Origin: an uncultured Gemmatimonadales bacterium
GTDB taxonomy: Bacteria; Gemmatimonadota; Gemmatimonadetes; Gemmatimonadales; GWC2-71-9
Direction: 5' to 3'
DNA: 64,000 nt
NCBI GenBank assembly: GCA_963779755.1
Contig: CAVZZO010000001.1
Location: 2,176,001 to 2,240,000, forward strand
In this document: one piece after another, positions 19,347-28,756 of the stretch
How the letters are laid out: each line of letters begins with the position of its first letter
Position numbering within the stretch: position 1 is the stretch's first letter
The notes under the pieces: model-generated
The model's database searches: none
What the model saw: only the letters and a program-made list of their open reading frames with translations
Told to the model about the DNA's origin: nothing
Translations under genes and position numbers: made by a program

Positions 19347-22163
19347 ATGCACCGTCGCCTCCTGCCGGGGCTGGCGCTCGCCGCCGCCCTCGGTTGCGCC
19401 CACCCGTCCCAGCCCGCCATCAAGCCGAACATCGATCCGGGCCTGCACCCGATGCCGGATACCAGCCAGTCGGTCACCACACCCCTGGAACCTGCCATCC
19501 CGCCCGAGGAGGCGTTCCTGGAAGGGGCCATGCCGCTTGCGTCCACCGGCATCCCCGCGTTCCTGCACGACCATCCGGACTATGACGGTCGTGGCGTGCT
19601 GATCGGCATTCTGGACAGCGGGATCGATCCGGGGGTGCCGGGCCTCGGCCTCACCACCACGGGCGAGCGGAAGATTCTCGATCTCCGCGATTTCTCCCGG
19701 GAAGGGGCGGTGGCGCTCCAGCCGGTGAGCCCGTCGGAGGACACGGTCCGGATCGGCCGGCGGGTGCTGGCGGGGTTCAGCCGGGTCGTTTCCTTCGATG
19801 CGCATGGGCCCTTCTACGGCGGCCTGGTGGCGGAGCTGCCTCTGGGCGAGGGGCCGGCCGCCGACCTCAACGGCAACGGGACCGTGGGCGATACCCTCCC
19901 GGTGGTGGTGGCCCGCGCCAGCGACGGGTGGGTGCTGTTCGCCGATACCGACGGCGACGGCACCCTGGCCGACGAGCGGCCCATTCACGACTATCTGGTG
20001 GCGCACGAGATCTTCGGCTGGCATCGGCCGGGCGGGCAGCCAACGCTCACCATGGCCGTCAACTTCCGGGAGGAGGGCGACCGGCCCGGTCTCGACCTCT
20101 TCTTCGACACCAGTGGCCACGGTACCCACGTCAGCGGCATCGCCGCCGGGCATGACATGTACAAGGTGCCGGGTTTCAACGGCGTGGCTCCCGGCGCGTG
20201 GCTGCTGGGCCTCAAGATCGCCAACGACGCGCAGGGCGGCGTCTCCACCACGGGCAGCATGCTGCGCGCGATGGACTACGCGATCCGTTTCGCGGCCGCC
20301 CGCCAGCTCCCGCTGGTGCTCAACATGAGTTTCGGTGTGGGAAATGAAATCGAAGGCACCGCGCGCATCGATCAGCTGGTAGACTCCGTGCTGGCGGCGC
20401 ACCCCGACTTGGTCTTCACCATCAGCGCCGGCAACGACGGCCCGGGCCTCTCCACCCTCGGCTTTCCGGGGTCGGCGCAGCTGCCCATTACCGTCGGCGC
20501 CATGCTGCCGGTGGCCCGGCGCCCCGGCATGGCGGCGCCGCCCGAACCGGTGGCCTACTTCAGCAGCCGGGGCGGGGAGCTTGCCAAACCCGACCTGGTT
20601 ACCCCCGGCACCGCCTATTCCACGGTGCCGCCCTGGCATGCGGGTGAGGAAGAAGAAAGCGGCACCAGCATGGCCTCGCCGCATGCGGCCGGATTGGCGG
20701 CCCTGCTCCGGTCGGGGCTACGGCAGGAACAGCGCACCGCCAGCGCGCGGGAGATCAAGCAGGCGCTGATGGCAACCGCCCATCCGGTGGAGGGGGAATC
20801 GTATCTCGATGCCGGGAGCGGCATTCCGGACATCGGGGCCGCCTGGGCCTGGCTCGCCGCGGGGCACCGGCTGCGCGCTATCGAGGTCAGTGTGCCGGAT
20901 GGCCACGGCGTCAGTGCCGCCTACCGCCCGGCGGGTCTGGCCGGGGTGGCCGACACGCTGCAGCGGTTTGTGCTGACTCCCGGGGACGGCGCCGGCAGGG
21001 CGGTCTATCACCTGCGCAGCGATGCGCCCTGGCTCCTGGCGCCCGATTCGGTCGTGCTGGGGCAGGGCGCCGATACGGTAGCCCTGCGGTATCATCTGGC
21101 CGGCCCGTCGGTCCTGACGCGCATCGGCGTGGTCACCGGATGGGGCGCCGACACTGCGGCGGGCCCGGCATTTCGTCTGGTCAATGCCATCGGCGCATCG
21201 GTGCCGGCCGACTCCAGCTGGACCGAATCGGCTTTCGCGCCGATCGCCGCAGGCGGCCAGCGGCGGCTGTTCATTCTGGCCGACAGCGGCCAGCCATTCG
21301 AGGTTCGCACCCGGGTCGGCTCCATGCAGCGGGCTCTGGTCTTTCTGCACGAGCCCGATGGCATGCCGCTGCGCGGATCCGCGCCGCAGATCGCCGTGCC
21401 GGGCGACCAGGAGGTCGGTTTCCGCCCCGATGCACGCGATATCGTCTCGGGCGCCTACCAGGTGGCGGCCGTCGCGCCGCCGACGCAGAAGAGTTCGGTC
21501 CTGTTCCATGTGCTGCGGCCGCCGGTAACCTTCGACGCCGCCCGCACCGGGGACGGGGTTGCCGCGACCGTTACCGATCGAGGCCGCTCGCAGGCGGCCG
21601 GGACCGTATCGCTCGCCCTGACGGGCGCCGAGCGGACGGTGCGGGTCATCTCCCGGGGGTCCGATACCACCGCCATTCCCGTCGTCATTCCGGGCTGGGC
21701 CGAGCAGGCGCAGGTGGATGTAGTGATGGACCCGCGCCAGTGGTCCCGTTTCACGGATTTCGGGGTCACGCTGTTCCATCAGAACGGCGAAATCATCGAA
21801 AGCCTGCCGCTCAACTACGCCCTGGGCCGTCTCTCGGTGGATTCTCTGGGTGCGCTGGCCGGCGCGCCGGCGGTCCTGCGCCTCTTTCCCGCGCTGGCCG
21901 AGCCGGAAAGCACCGAGCGCTGGACGGCCACGGTCTATCTGCGCTTTTATGCCGCCGATTCCATTCCCCTGCAGGCGGCCGGGGGCGGATCCTTCACGCT
22001 GGCCGGCGGTTCCAGCGCCATGGTACGGTTCGCCTGGACGGCGCCGAGCTGGGAGCTGGGCGACGGATTCTATCCCCTCGGCAGCCTCACGGTGCAGACG
22101 GCCGGCGAGCCGTGGACGCGACAGGTCCCGCTCGCTCCACCCGTACCGGCGCTGCGCAAGTGA
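19347..22163 (+). CDS. S8 serine peptidase, tripeptidyl-peptidase II-like, predicted lipoprotein
   Basis: Lipobox [40 protein letters not shown] catalytic triad. Confidence 0.9.
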   Translation: MHRRLLPGLALAAALGCAHPSQPAIKPNIDPGLHPMPDTSQSVTTPLEPAIPPEEAFLEGAMPLASTGIPAFLHDHPDYDGRGVLIGILDSGIDPGVPGLGLTTTGERKILDLRDFSREGAVALQPVSPSEDTVRIGRRVLAGFSRVVSFDAHGPFYGGLVAELPLGEGPAADLNGNGTVGDTLPVVVARASDGWVLFADTDGDGTLADERPIHDYLVAHEIFGWHRPGGQPTLTMAVNFREEGDRPGLDLFFDTSGHGTHVSGIAAGHDMYKVPGFNGVAPGAWLLGLKIANDAQGGVSTTGSMLRAMDYAIRFAAARQLPLVLNMSFGVGNEIEGTARIDQLVDSVLAAHPDLVFTISAGNDGPGLSTLGFPGSAQLPITVGAMLPVARRPGMAAPPEPVAYFSSRGGELAKPDLVTPGTAYSTVPPWHAGEEEESGTSMASPHAAGLAALLRSGLRQEQRTASAREIKQALMATAHPVEGESYLDAGSGIPDIGAAWAWLAAGHRLRAIEVSVPDGHGVSAAYRPAGLAGVADTLQRFVLTPGDGAGRAVYHLRSDAPWLLAPDSVVLGQGADTVALRYHLAGPSVLTRIGVVTGWGADTAAGPAFRLVNAIGASVPADSSWTESAFAPIAAGGQRRLFILADSGQPFEVRTRVGSMQRALVFLHEPDGMPLRGSAPQIAVPGDQEVGFRPDARDIVSGAYQVAAVAPPTQKSSVLFHVLRPPVTFDAARTGDGVAATVTDRGRSQAAGTVSLALTGAERTVRVISRGSDTTAIPVVIPGWAEQAQVDVVMDPRQWSRFTDFGVTLFHQNGEIIESLPLNYALGRLSVDSLGALAGAPAVLRLFPALAEPESTERWTATVYLRFYAADSIPLQAAGGGSFTLAGGSSAMVRFAWTAPSWELGDGFYPLGSLTVQTAGEPWTRQVPLAPPVPALRK

Positions 22164-23530
22164 GCCGGACGGTCCGGATCGCGGCGGGGCAGGGCTTCTG
22201 GGGCGACTGGCTGGAAGCGCCGGTGCGCCAGGTAGAGGGCGGGCCCATCGATTACCTGGTGCTCGACTACCTGGCCGAAGTCACCATGTCCATCCTGCAG
22301 AAGCAGAAGTCGCGTGATCCCGCCGCCGGCTACGCACGCGACTTTGTGACGCTGGCCGGCCGCATTCTGCCCCGGTTGCTGGCCGGCCGGATCCGGGTGG
22401 TCACCAACGCGGGCGGTGTCAATCCCCAGGGGTGCGCCGAGGCGGTGCTGGAAACGGCGCGGGGGCAGAAGCTCCCGCGAGCGGTACGGGTGGGCCTGGT
22501 GACCGGCGACGACCTGCTCCCCCGGCTGGATGATCTTCTGGCGCGAGGCCACCGGCTGACCAACCTCGATACCGGCGAGCCGCTGGAGAGCATCCGGGAC
22601 CGGGTGCGCGCCGCAAATGTCTATCTGGGCATGGGGCCCATTGTGCAGGCGCTTGACCGTGAGGCGGACATTGTCCTCACCGGACGCGTAACCGATACCG
22701 CGTTGGTGCTGGGGCCGCTGTTCCATGAGTTCGGCTGGGATCCGCGCAACCCCGACCTGGTGGCGGCCGGCACCGTCGCGGGCCACATCCTCGAATGCGG
22801 CGCCCAGAGCAGCGGGGGCAACCTGATGTACCAGTGGCGCCGGATCCGCGATCTGGCCAATGTCGGTTTCCCGATCGTGGAAGCCGCGGAGGACGGCACC
22901 TTTGTCGTCACCAAGCATCCCGGGACCGGTGGCATCGTGTCCGTTCCCGGCGTATCCGAGCAGCTGGTATACGAGATCGCCGATCCTGCGCGCTACCTGA
23001 CGGCCGACGGCTCCGCCGACTTCACCAGCATCGAACTGGCGCCGGCGGGCCGCGACCGGGTGCGGGTCAGCGGCATCCGCGGCGGGCCGCCGCCGGAACA
23101 GTACAAGGTTTCCATCGCCTACTTCTGGGGTTACAAGGCCGTGGGGACCCTGGTGTATTCCTGGCCCGATGCCTACGAAAAGGCGCGGGCCGCCGACCGG
23201 ATCATTCGCGCCCGGCTGGAGGCGCTGGGGCTCGCGTTCGAGAAGATCCACACCGAGTTTGTGGGCGTGGACTCGACGCACGGCCGGCTCGCGGGCAAGC
23301 CCGACCCCGAGATCCCGGAAGTCCAGCTGCGGATCGGGGTGCGGGCGCGCGAGCGCGCGCCGGTCGAGCGGTTCACGCGGGAAATCGCGCCGCTCGTGCT
23401 CACCGGGCCGCCCGGCGTGACCGGATACGGGTACAAACCCGATGTGAAGGAGATCATCGCCTACTGGCCGGCCCTGATCGCCCGCCCGGAAGTCGACCCG
23501 CAGGTCCGGGTCCAGGTGGTGACCTCATGA
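22160..23530 (+). CDS. Acyclic terpene utilization AtuA family protein (DUF1446), N-terminal part
   Basis: [40 protein letters not shown]. Confidence 0.9.
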   Translation: MSRTVRIAAGQGFWGDWLEAPVRQVEGGPIDYLVLDYLAEVTMSILQKQKSRDPAAGYARDFVTLAGRILPRLLAGRIRVVTNAGGVNPQGCAEAVLETARGQKLPRAVRVGLVTGDDLLPRLDDLLARGHRLTNLDTGEPLESIRDRVRAANVYLGMGPIVQALDREADIVLTGRVTDTALVLGPLFHEFGWDPRNPDLVAAGTVAGHILECGAQSSGGNLMYQWRRIRDLANVGFPIVEAAEDGTFVVTKHPGTGGIVSVPGVSEQLVYEIADPARYLTADGSADFTSIELAPAGRDRVRVSGIRGGPPPEQYKVSIAYFWGYKAVGTLVYSWPDAYEKARAADRIIRARLEALGLAFEKIHTEFVGVDSTHGRLAGKPDPEIPEVQLRIGVRARERAPVERFTREIAPLVLTGPPGVTGYGYKPDVKEIIAYWPALIARPEVDPQVRVQVVTS

Positions 23531-23913
23531 GCCCCGCGCGACGCGCCCGGGCGGGCAAGGCCACCGTGCCGGTACAGCTCCGGTTGCTGGCGCACGCCCG
23601 CTCGGGCGACAAGGGCGATACCGCCAACATCGGGCTGATTGCGCTGAAGCCGCAGTATTATCCCCTCCTGCTGCGGGAGGTCACCGCCGCCCGCGTGGCC
23701 CGGCACTTCCGCGGCATGGCCGGCCGAGTGGAGCGCTACGAGCTTCCCAATCTGCACGCGCTGAATTTCGTGTTGCACGAGGCGCTGGACGGCGGCGGCA
23801 CGCTCTCCCTGCGGACCGATGCCCAGGGGAAGGTGTATTCCACGGCGCTGCTCCGCATGGAGGTCCGGGTACCGGCGGCACTGGCGCGCGAACTGGGCCG
23901 CGACCGGCGCTGA
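23527..23913 (+). CDS. AtuA C-terminal-like small protein
   Basis: [36 protein letters not shown]. Confidence 0.88.
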   Translation: MSPARRARAGKATVPVQLRLLAHARSGDKGDTANIGLIALKPQYYPLLLREVTAARVARHFRGMAGRVERYELPNLHALNFVLHEALDGGGTLSLRTDAQGKVYSTALLRMEVRVPAALARELGRDRR

Positions 23914-23950
23914 GCGGTACCGCTTGGCGCTCACTGCTCACCGCTTACCA
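23911..23950. repeat. Short heptamer-type repeat (CGCTCAC/CGCTTAC family)
   Basis: cgctcac tgctcac cgcttac; same family as 41661-41755 and 49293-49380. Confidence 0.6.
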
Positions 23951-23958
23951 TTTCTGCC

Positions 23959-24711
23959 ATGCTGATCGAATCCACACTCGAGACCGGTGTCCTCACTCTG
24001 ACACTCAACCGGCCTGAGAAGCGGAATGCGCTGAGCACGCCCATGCTGGAGGAACTCCGCGCCGCGCTCGACCGGGCCGATCTGGACGCCGGGGTCAAGA
24101 CGATCGCCGTGCGCGGGGCCGGGAAAGACTTCTGCGCCGGGGCCGATCTGGACGAGCTGCTGGCCTCCGCCGGGAACGCCCCGGCGGAGAATGAAGCGGC
24201 GGCGCTCCGGCTGGGATCGCTGTTCCTGCGAATCCGCGAGCTGCCGAAACCCGTGGTGGCGGTCGTGCATGGGCGCGCGCTGGCCGGCGGCGCCGGCCTG
24301 GCGACCGCGTGCGACCTGGTCCTCGCGTCCTCCTCCAGCAGCTTCGGTTATCCCGAAATCCAGCGCGGCTTCGTGCCGGCCATGGTCATGACCATGCTGC
24401 GGCGCCTCTGTGGCGAGAAGACCGCCTTCGATCTGGCGGTCACCGGTCGGGTGGTGAGCGCCGCGGAGGCGCGTGAGCTGGGGCTGATCTCGCGGGTGAT
24501 CCCCGAAGGATCCTTTGCCCAGGATACGGCGGAATTTCTCCGCCGGCTGGCCGCTCAGAGCGGCAGCGCCATGGCATTCACCAAGCGCCAGTTCTACCAG
24601 CTGGACGGCCTGGGGTTCAAGGAGGGCATTCACCTGGGCGCGCGAGTCAATGCCGCCGCCCGTGCCACGCCCGACTTCCGGGAAGCGATAGCCGGGTTCC
24701 TCCGGAAATGA
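23959..24711 (+). CDS. Enoyl-CoA hydratase/isomerase (methylglutaconyl-CoA hydratase-like)
   Basis: LNRPEKRNAL, FCAGADL, GGGAGLATACD-like motif, FGYPE. Confidence 0.9.
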   Translation: MLIESTLETGVLTLTLNRPEKRNALSTPMLEELRAALDRADLDAGVKTIAVRGAGKDFCAGADLDELLASAGNAPAENEAAALRLGSLFLRIRELPKPVVAVVHGRALAGGAGLATACDLVLASSSSSFGYPEIQRGFVPAMVMTMLRRLCGEKTAFDLAVTGRVVSAAEARELGLISRVIPEGSFAQDTAEFLRRLAAQSGSAMAFTKRQFYQLDGLGFKEGIHLGARVNAAARATPDFREAIAGFLRK

Positions 24712-24860
24712 TCGGGCGGGTCAAGCTGATCCTGTCGCTGGCGGGTCTGGTCTTCGCGGTGGTGGGCATTGCACGCGACGACCGGCGGATCGTCTGGGCA
24801 GCGATCGGGATCCTGGCGGTGGCGATCCTGCTGCGGCTGTTCCTGAAGCGGCGCAGTTGA
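24708..24860 (+). CDS. Small two-TM membrane protein (50 aa), absent from the ORF track
   Basis: MIGRVKLILSLAGLVFAVVGIARDDRRIVWAAIGILAVAILLRLFLKRRS*; ATGA overlap with the hydratase stop; GC-rich third codon positions. Confidence 0.65.
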   Translation: MIGRVKLILSLAGLVFAVVGIARDDRRIVWAAIGILAVAILLRLFLKRRS

Positions 24861-24954
24861 TCCCGCAGTGGGAGAGGAACCAGCATCGCTGCGAGCCTGG
24901 TCGACCGATACCGGAAGGGGGGCGGTCACGCCGGCTGCGCGACTATTTGCTCTA

Positions 24955-25575
24955 GGCGTCGATCCCCGCGCGTGCGGGGGAGACGCCAGTAGGGCGGTCC
25001 GAGCCGATCGCGCGCGGCATCCAACCAGGAGCTGATCGTCGGGTTACTCTGCTGGATTCCCGTATGTGTGGGATTGCCAAGCGAGTGGACCCAGTCCGAC
25101 AAAGGGGTCGTCAAGTCCTCTCCCGTTCTCAGAGGTGTGTGGTGGCCCAGCCAGGACTCCCGGAGCGGTCCTCTGAGGTGACAAGGTCTCCTCAGCCTGT
25201 GACACTTCCGAGGGAAGGCAGCCAGGATAGCTTCTGCCAAGGGAACTCCCTCACCATGCCTCCCGGATTCACCGGCCGCAAGGGGCCCGAGCGCTGATGC
25301 GGGGAAGATCGAGAAACGGTGGATAACCTGGGGGATAGCCCCGTGTCCCGTTCGGTTCACCTTGTGCCGGAATGCGACACGAAGCACACGAGGCAGCATG
25401 GGGGGCCAGCCGGGCCTGACGAAACGGGGCCTCGTCGCCAGTGTAGCACCCGGTGGCGGCCGCTAGGTTCGAGTACCGGGTTCGAGATCTACTGGCCCGG
25501 GGCGTCAGGAACATATGTTCGGAGCATCTTATCCTGCCAGGCAGGCGAGCCGATCTCATTTGTACCAGCACCCAC
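24955..25575 (+). ncRNA. Candidate large structured non-coding RNA, family unrecognised; boundaries approximate
   Basis: No credible CDS; more than 10 helices found by eye, several with G-U pairs that form only on the + strand (see findings). Confidence 0.5.
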
Positions 25576-25652
25576 TCCTCTCTCCCCCCCGCCCCCTTAG
25601 ACTGACTGCCCGCGGCTCGGGTGCCGTCGCCTGGAGACAGGCGGTGAACAGG

Positions 25653-27086
25653 TCACGCATGGCGGCCCATGCTCCCCAGCGCCGCCTCCGCCGCCCAGTA
25701 GCCACACATGCCGTGCACGCCGCCGCCGGGTGGAGTGCTGCTGGAACAGAGATAGACACCCTGGATCGGGGTATGGTACGGCCGCAGGGAAGGCACCGGC
25801 CGGGTCCAGAGCTGCCGCAGGTCCTGCACGCCGCCGTTGATGTCACCACCCACGTAGTTCGGATTGTACTGCTCCATGGCGGCCGCCGTCATTCCATGAC
25901 GGCCCAGGATCAGGTTGCGAAACCCGGGGGCAAAGCGCTCGATCTGCGCCTCTATCCGCCCGCTCATATCGGCGGTCGAGCCGGAGGGGACATGGCAATA
26001 CGCCCACAGCGTATGCCGCCCGGCCGGGGCGCGGGTCGAGTCGAACAGCGAAGGCTGCGCCACCAGCACGAACGGCCGCTCCGGCGGGCCTCCCCACCAG
26101 ACCTCGCGCTCGCTCCGGGCGATCTCCTCCGCGCTGCCGCCCAGGTGCACCGTGCCGGCGCGCCGGCATTCGGACGCGCGCCAGGGCACCGGGCCGGAGA
26201 GGGCCAGGTCCAGCTTGTACACGCCGGGACCGTAGCGATACCGCTCCAGAAGCCTGGCATAGGCTGCGGGCAGCCGGGCGCCGGCCAGTTCGAGGAACTG
26301 ACGTGGCGCAATGTCCAGAAGCACGATCGGAGCGGATGGGAGCTCCGCCAGCGAACCGACGCGGTGCCCGGTCTCGATGCTGCCGCCCAGCCGCCGGAAG
26401 TGCGCCGCCAGCGCTTCGGCAAGGGCCTGCGTTCCGCCCCGTGGAAAGGGCCAGCCCACCGTGTGGCCCGATGCGCCCAGCACCAGGCCGAAGGCCCCGC
26501 TGCCGGGGTGCTCGAGCGGCAGCATCGAGTGCCCGGCCAGCCCCGAGAAGAGAGCGCCGCCGCGGGTACCGGGGAAACGCTGCGCCAGGGCGGACGCCGA
26601 TCGCAGGGCCGTGACCCCGAACCGGAGCAGGGCCAGGGGGTGCCGGGGGATTCGCGCCGGGCCCAGCAGGCCGGGAAGCAGCTGGTCCCAGTGCCGGACC
26701 GTCGGTCCCAGCAGCCGCCGCCAGGCGGGGCCATCATCTCCCAGGGCCCTGGCCGTAGCGTCGAGCGACCGATCCAGGATCGCTGCGGTGCCGTCGTCGA
26801 ACGGATGGGCCAGCGGCAGGTCCGGATGGATCCACTCGAGGCCATACTCCCTCAGCGGGAGCGAACGGAAGAAGGGAGAGGCGATTCCCAGTGGATGGAT
26901 GGCGGAGCACACGTCGTGGCGGAAGCCGGGCAGCGTCAGTGCCGCGGTCCGGGTGCCCCCTCCGATGGTGGTTGCCGCTTCCATGGCGAGGACCCGCCGC
27001 CCGGTCTGGCAGAGGCGGATTCCCGCGGCCAAGCCGTTTGGACCGGTGCCGACCACCACGGCATCGTAGGCCGTCGCACCGCTCAT
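25653..27086 (-). CDS. NAD(P)/FAD-dependent oxidoreductase (phytoene dehydrogenase-like, COG1233)
   Basis: VVVGTGPNGLAAG, HDVCSAIHP, AGTVHLGG, STPPGGGVHGMCG. Confidence 0.92.
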   Translation of the reverse strand: MSGATAYDAVVVGTGPNGLAAGIRLCQTGRRVLAMEAATTIGGGTRTAALTLPGFRHDVCSAIHPLGIASPFFRSLPLREYGLEWIHPDLPLAHPFDDGTAAILDRSLDATARALGDDGPAWRRLLGPTVRHWDQLLPGLLGPARIPRHPLALLRFGVTALRSASALAQRFPGTRGGALFSGLAGHSMLPLEHPGSGAFGLVLGASGHTVGWPFPRGGTQALAEALAAHFRRLGGSIETGHRVGSLAELPSAPIVLLDIAPRQFLELAGARLPAAYARLLERYRYGPGVYKLDLALSGPVPWRASECRRAGTVHLGGSAEEIARSEREVWWGGPPERPFVLVAQPSLFDSTRAPAGRHTLWAYCHVPSGSTADMSGRIEAQIERFAPGFRNLILGRHGMTAAAMEQYNPNYVGGDINGGVQDLRQLWTRPVPSLRPYHTPIQGVYLCSSSTPPGGGVHGMCGYWAAEAALGSMGRHA

Positions 27087-27179
27087 GGCGCTGCGCTCGG
27101 CGCTGGCGCCCGCATGCTGTCGGCTCGTCTCACGTTCGTATGATACCGGCTCCCGTCGTCCGGTGCGGTATGCTGTGCC

Positions 27180-28538
27180 ATGATCGCGACCCTGGGCGAG
27201 CGGCTGCGGCTGGCAAACCACCTGCTGGCCGCCCGGTTCGGCCACGCCGGCTTCCGCCCCCTGCAGCGACGGGTGGTACAGTCGCTGCTGGCCGGGCGGC
27301 ATTGCCTGGCGGTGCTCCCCACCGGCGGCGGGAAGTCCATCTGTTACCAGGTTCCCGCCCTGGTGATGGACGGGTTCTGCCTGGTGGTCTCCCCCCTGTT
27401 ATCGCTCATGCAGGATCAGGTTGCCACCCTTACCGCCCGCGGCATCGCCGCCGCCAGTCTGACCAGCCAGCAGACGATGGCGGAGCGGGCCGCCACCCTG
27501 CAACGTCTGCATTCCGGCGCGCTCCGGCTCCTGTATTTGTCGCCGGAGCGGCTGGAATCGCTCGCGCCGCGGCTCCGTGAGGCGGGCATCAGGCCGGCCC
27601 TGCTGGCCGTGGACGAGGCCCACTGCATCTCCGAATGGGGGCACGACTTCCGTCCTCATTACCGGCGTTTGCGCCGGGCGCGCTATCTGCTGGGCAACCC
27701 GCTGACCGCTGCCCTGACCGGAACGGCCACTCCGGATGTGCGGCGCGATATCACCGCTTCGCTCGGGCTCGGTGCCTGCGATCTGCACCTGGGGTCATTC
27801 GACCGTCCCAACCTCTGGTTTGGCGTATCCCGGCTGCGGCGTGAGGACGAACGATGGCCCACCCTGATAGTGGCGCTGCGTCGGGCCCGGGACATGAGCA
27901 TCGTGTACGCGCCCACCCGCGCCATCGCCACCAGGCTGGCCCGGCAGCTCCGCGAGTGGGGCTTTTCGGGCGAGGCCTACCATGCGGGGCAGGAGGCAGG
28001 GCGCCGGCGGGAGATCCTGGAGCGCTTTCTCTCCGGCCGCACCGCGGTGGTGGTTGCTACCAGCGCGTTCGGCATGGGCATCGACCAGCCCCGGGTCCGT
28101 TCGGTGATTCACTGGATGCTGCCGCCCTCTCCCGAGGCGTATTACCAGGAAGCGGGGCGGGCCGGCCGCGACGGACGGCCGGCGGAGTGTATCCTGCTCC
28201 ATCGCCGGGGCGATGGGCGGCTGCAACGGCGGCAGCTCGCGGTAACCTTTCCGCCCCGCCGGCTGCTACGGCGGCTCTGGGCCGATCCCGCCCTGCCGGG
28301 GGTGCCGGAGGCCGTCAAGGCCAGCGCGCACCGCCTCCGGCGGGAGCTGGACCTGGATCCCGATGCCCGGGGCTGGGCCGCCGTCCGGCGGCGGCAACGG
28401 GCCGCCAGGCGGCGGCTCCGGGTCATGGAACAGTACGCCTCCGGACGGTCCTGTCGGCGCCGTCTGCTGCTGCGGTACTTCGGCGAAGCCGCCGGCCGGT
28501 GCGGCGGATGTGACCGCTGTCCGGGACGCCATGCCTAA
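27180..28538 (+). CDS. recQ: RecQ-family ATP-dependent DNA helicase (short form, no HRDC)
   Basis: LPTGGGKSICYQ, DEAHCISEWGHDFRP, AFGMGID, YYQEAGRAGRDG, CRR..LLRYFGE..CGGCDRC Zn site. Confidence 0.9.
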   Translation: MIATLGERLRLANHLLAARFGHAGFRPLQRRVVQSLLAGRHCLAVLPTGGGKSICYQVPALVMDGFCLVVSPLLSLMQDQVATLTARGIAAASLTSQQTMAERAATLQRLHSGALRLLYLSPERLESLAPRLREAGIRPALLAVDEAHCISEWGHDFRPHYRRLRRARYLLGNPLTAALTGTATPDVRRDITASLGLGACDLHLGSFDRPNLWFGVSRLRREDERWPTLIVALRRARDMSIVYAPTRAIATRLARQLREWGFSGEAYHAGQEAGRRREILERFLSGRTAVVVATSAFGMGIDQPRVRSVIHWMLPPSPEAYYQEAGRAGRDGRPAECILLHRRGDGRLQRRQLAVTFPPRRLLRRLWADPALPGVPEAVKASAHRLRRELDLDPDARGWAAVRRRQRAARRRLRVMEQYASGRSCRRRLLLRYFGEAAGRCGGCDRCPGRHA

Positions 28539-28756
28539 GCCGTGTCCTCCCATATCCCTACGGCTCCTCCGGGGCCCCCTGTCTTGTCGATTCCCGCGCG
28601 GGTAGATTGAGTGGCCACCAGCATCGGCTGGCCAGCTCAGGGTGAAATCAGGATATCTGACCTGCGGGATAGCGCGGTCCGGTTCAATGTGGCGCCCGAT
28701 TCGCCGGAGTACCGTCCGGCCTGGTTCTGATATGCCCCTATTGCGACAGCCTGATT

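Noticed and set aside
24899..25020. CRISPR array
   Set aside because: Only one convincing repeat-like unit; flanking similarity is weak, spacing is off, and there are no cas genes
25318..25340. oriC (DnaA-box-like GGTGGATAA and GGGGGATAG)
   Set aside because: Only two imperfect boxes, no AT-rich unwinding element and no dnaA/dnaN/gidA context
24955..25575. RNase P RNA, tmRNA or group II intron
   Set aside because: No GAGGAAAGUCC/CR-V pair, no tRNA-like ends with tag ORF, and no GUGCG 5' end with domain V found on either strand
24926..25600. ORFs 24926-25399, 25064-25297, 25269-25571 and 25319-25600 as genes
   Set aside because: No recognisable motifs and no GC-rich third-position bias like the real genes
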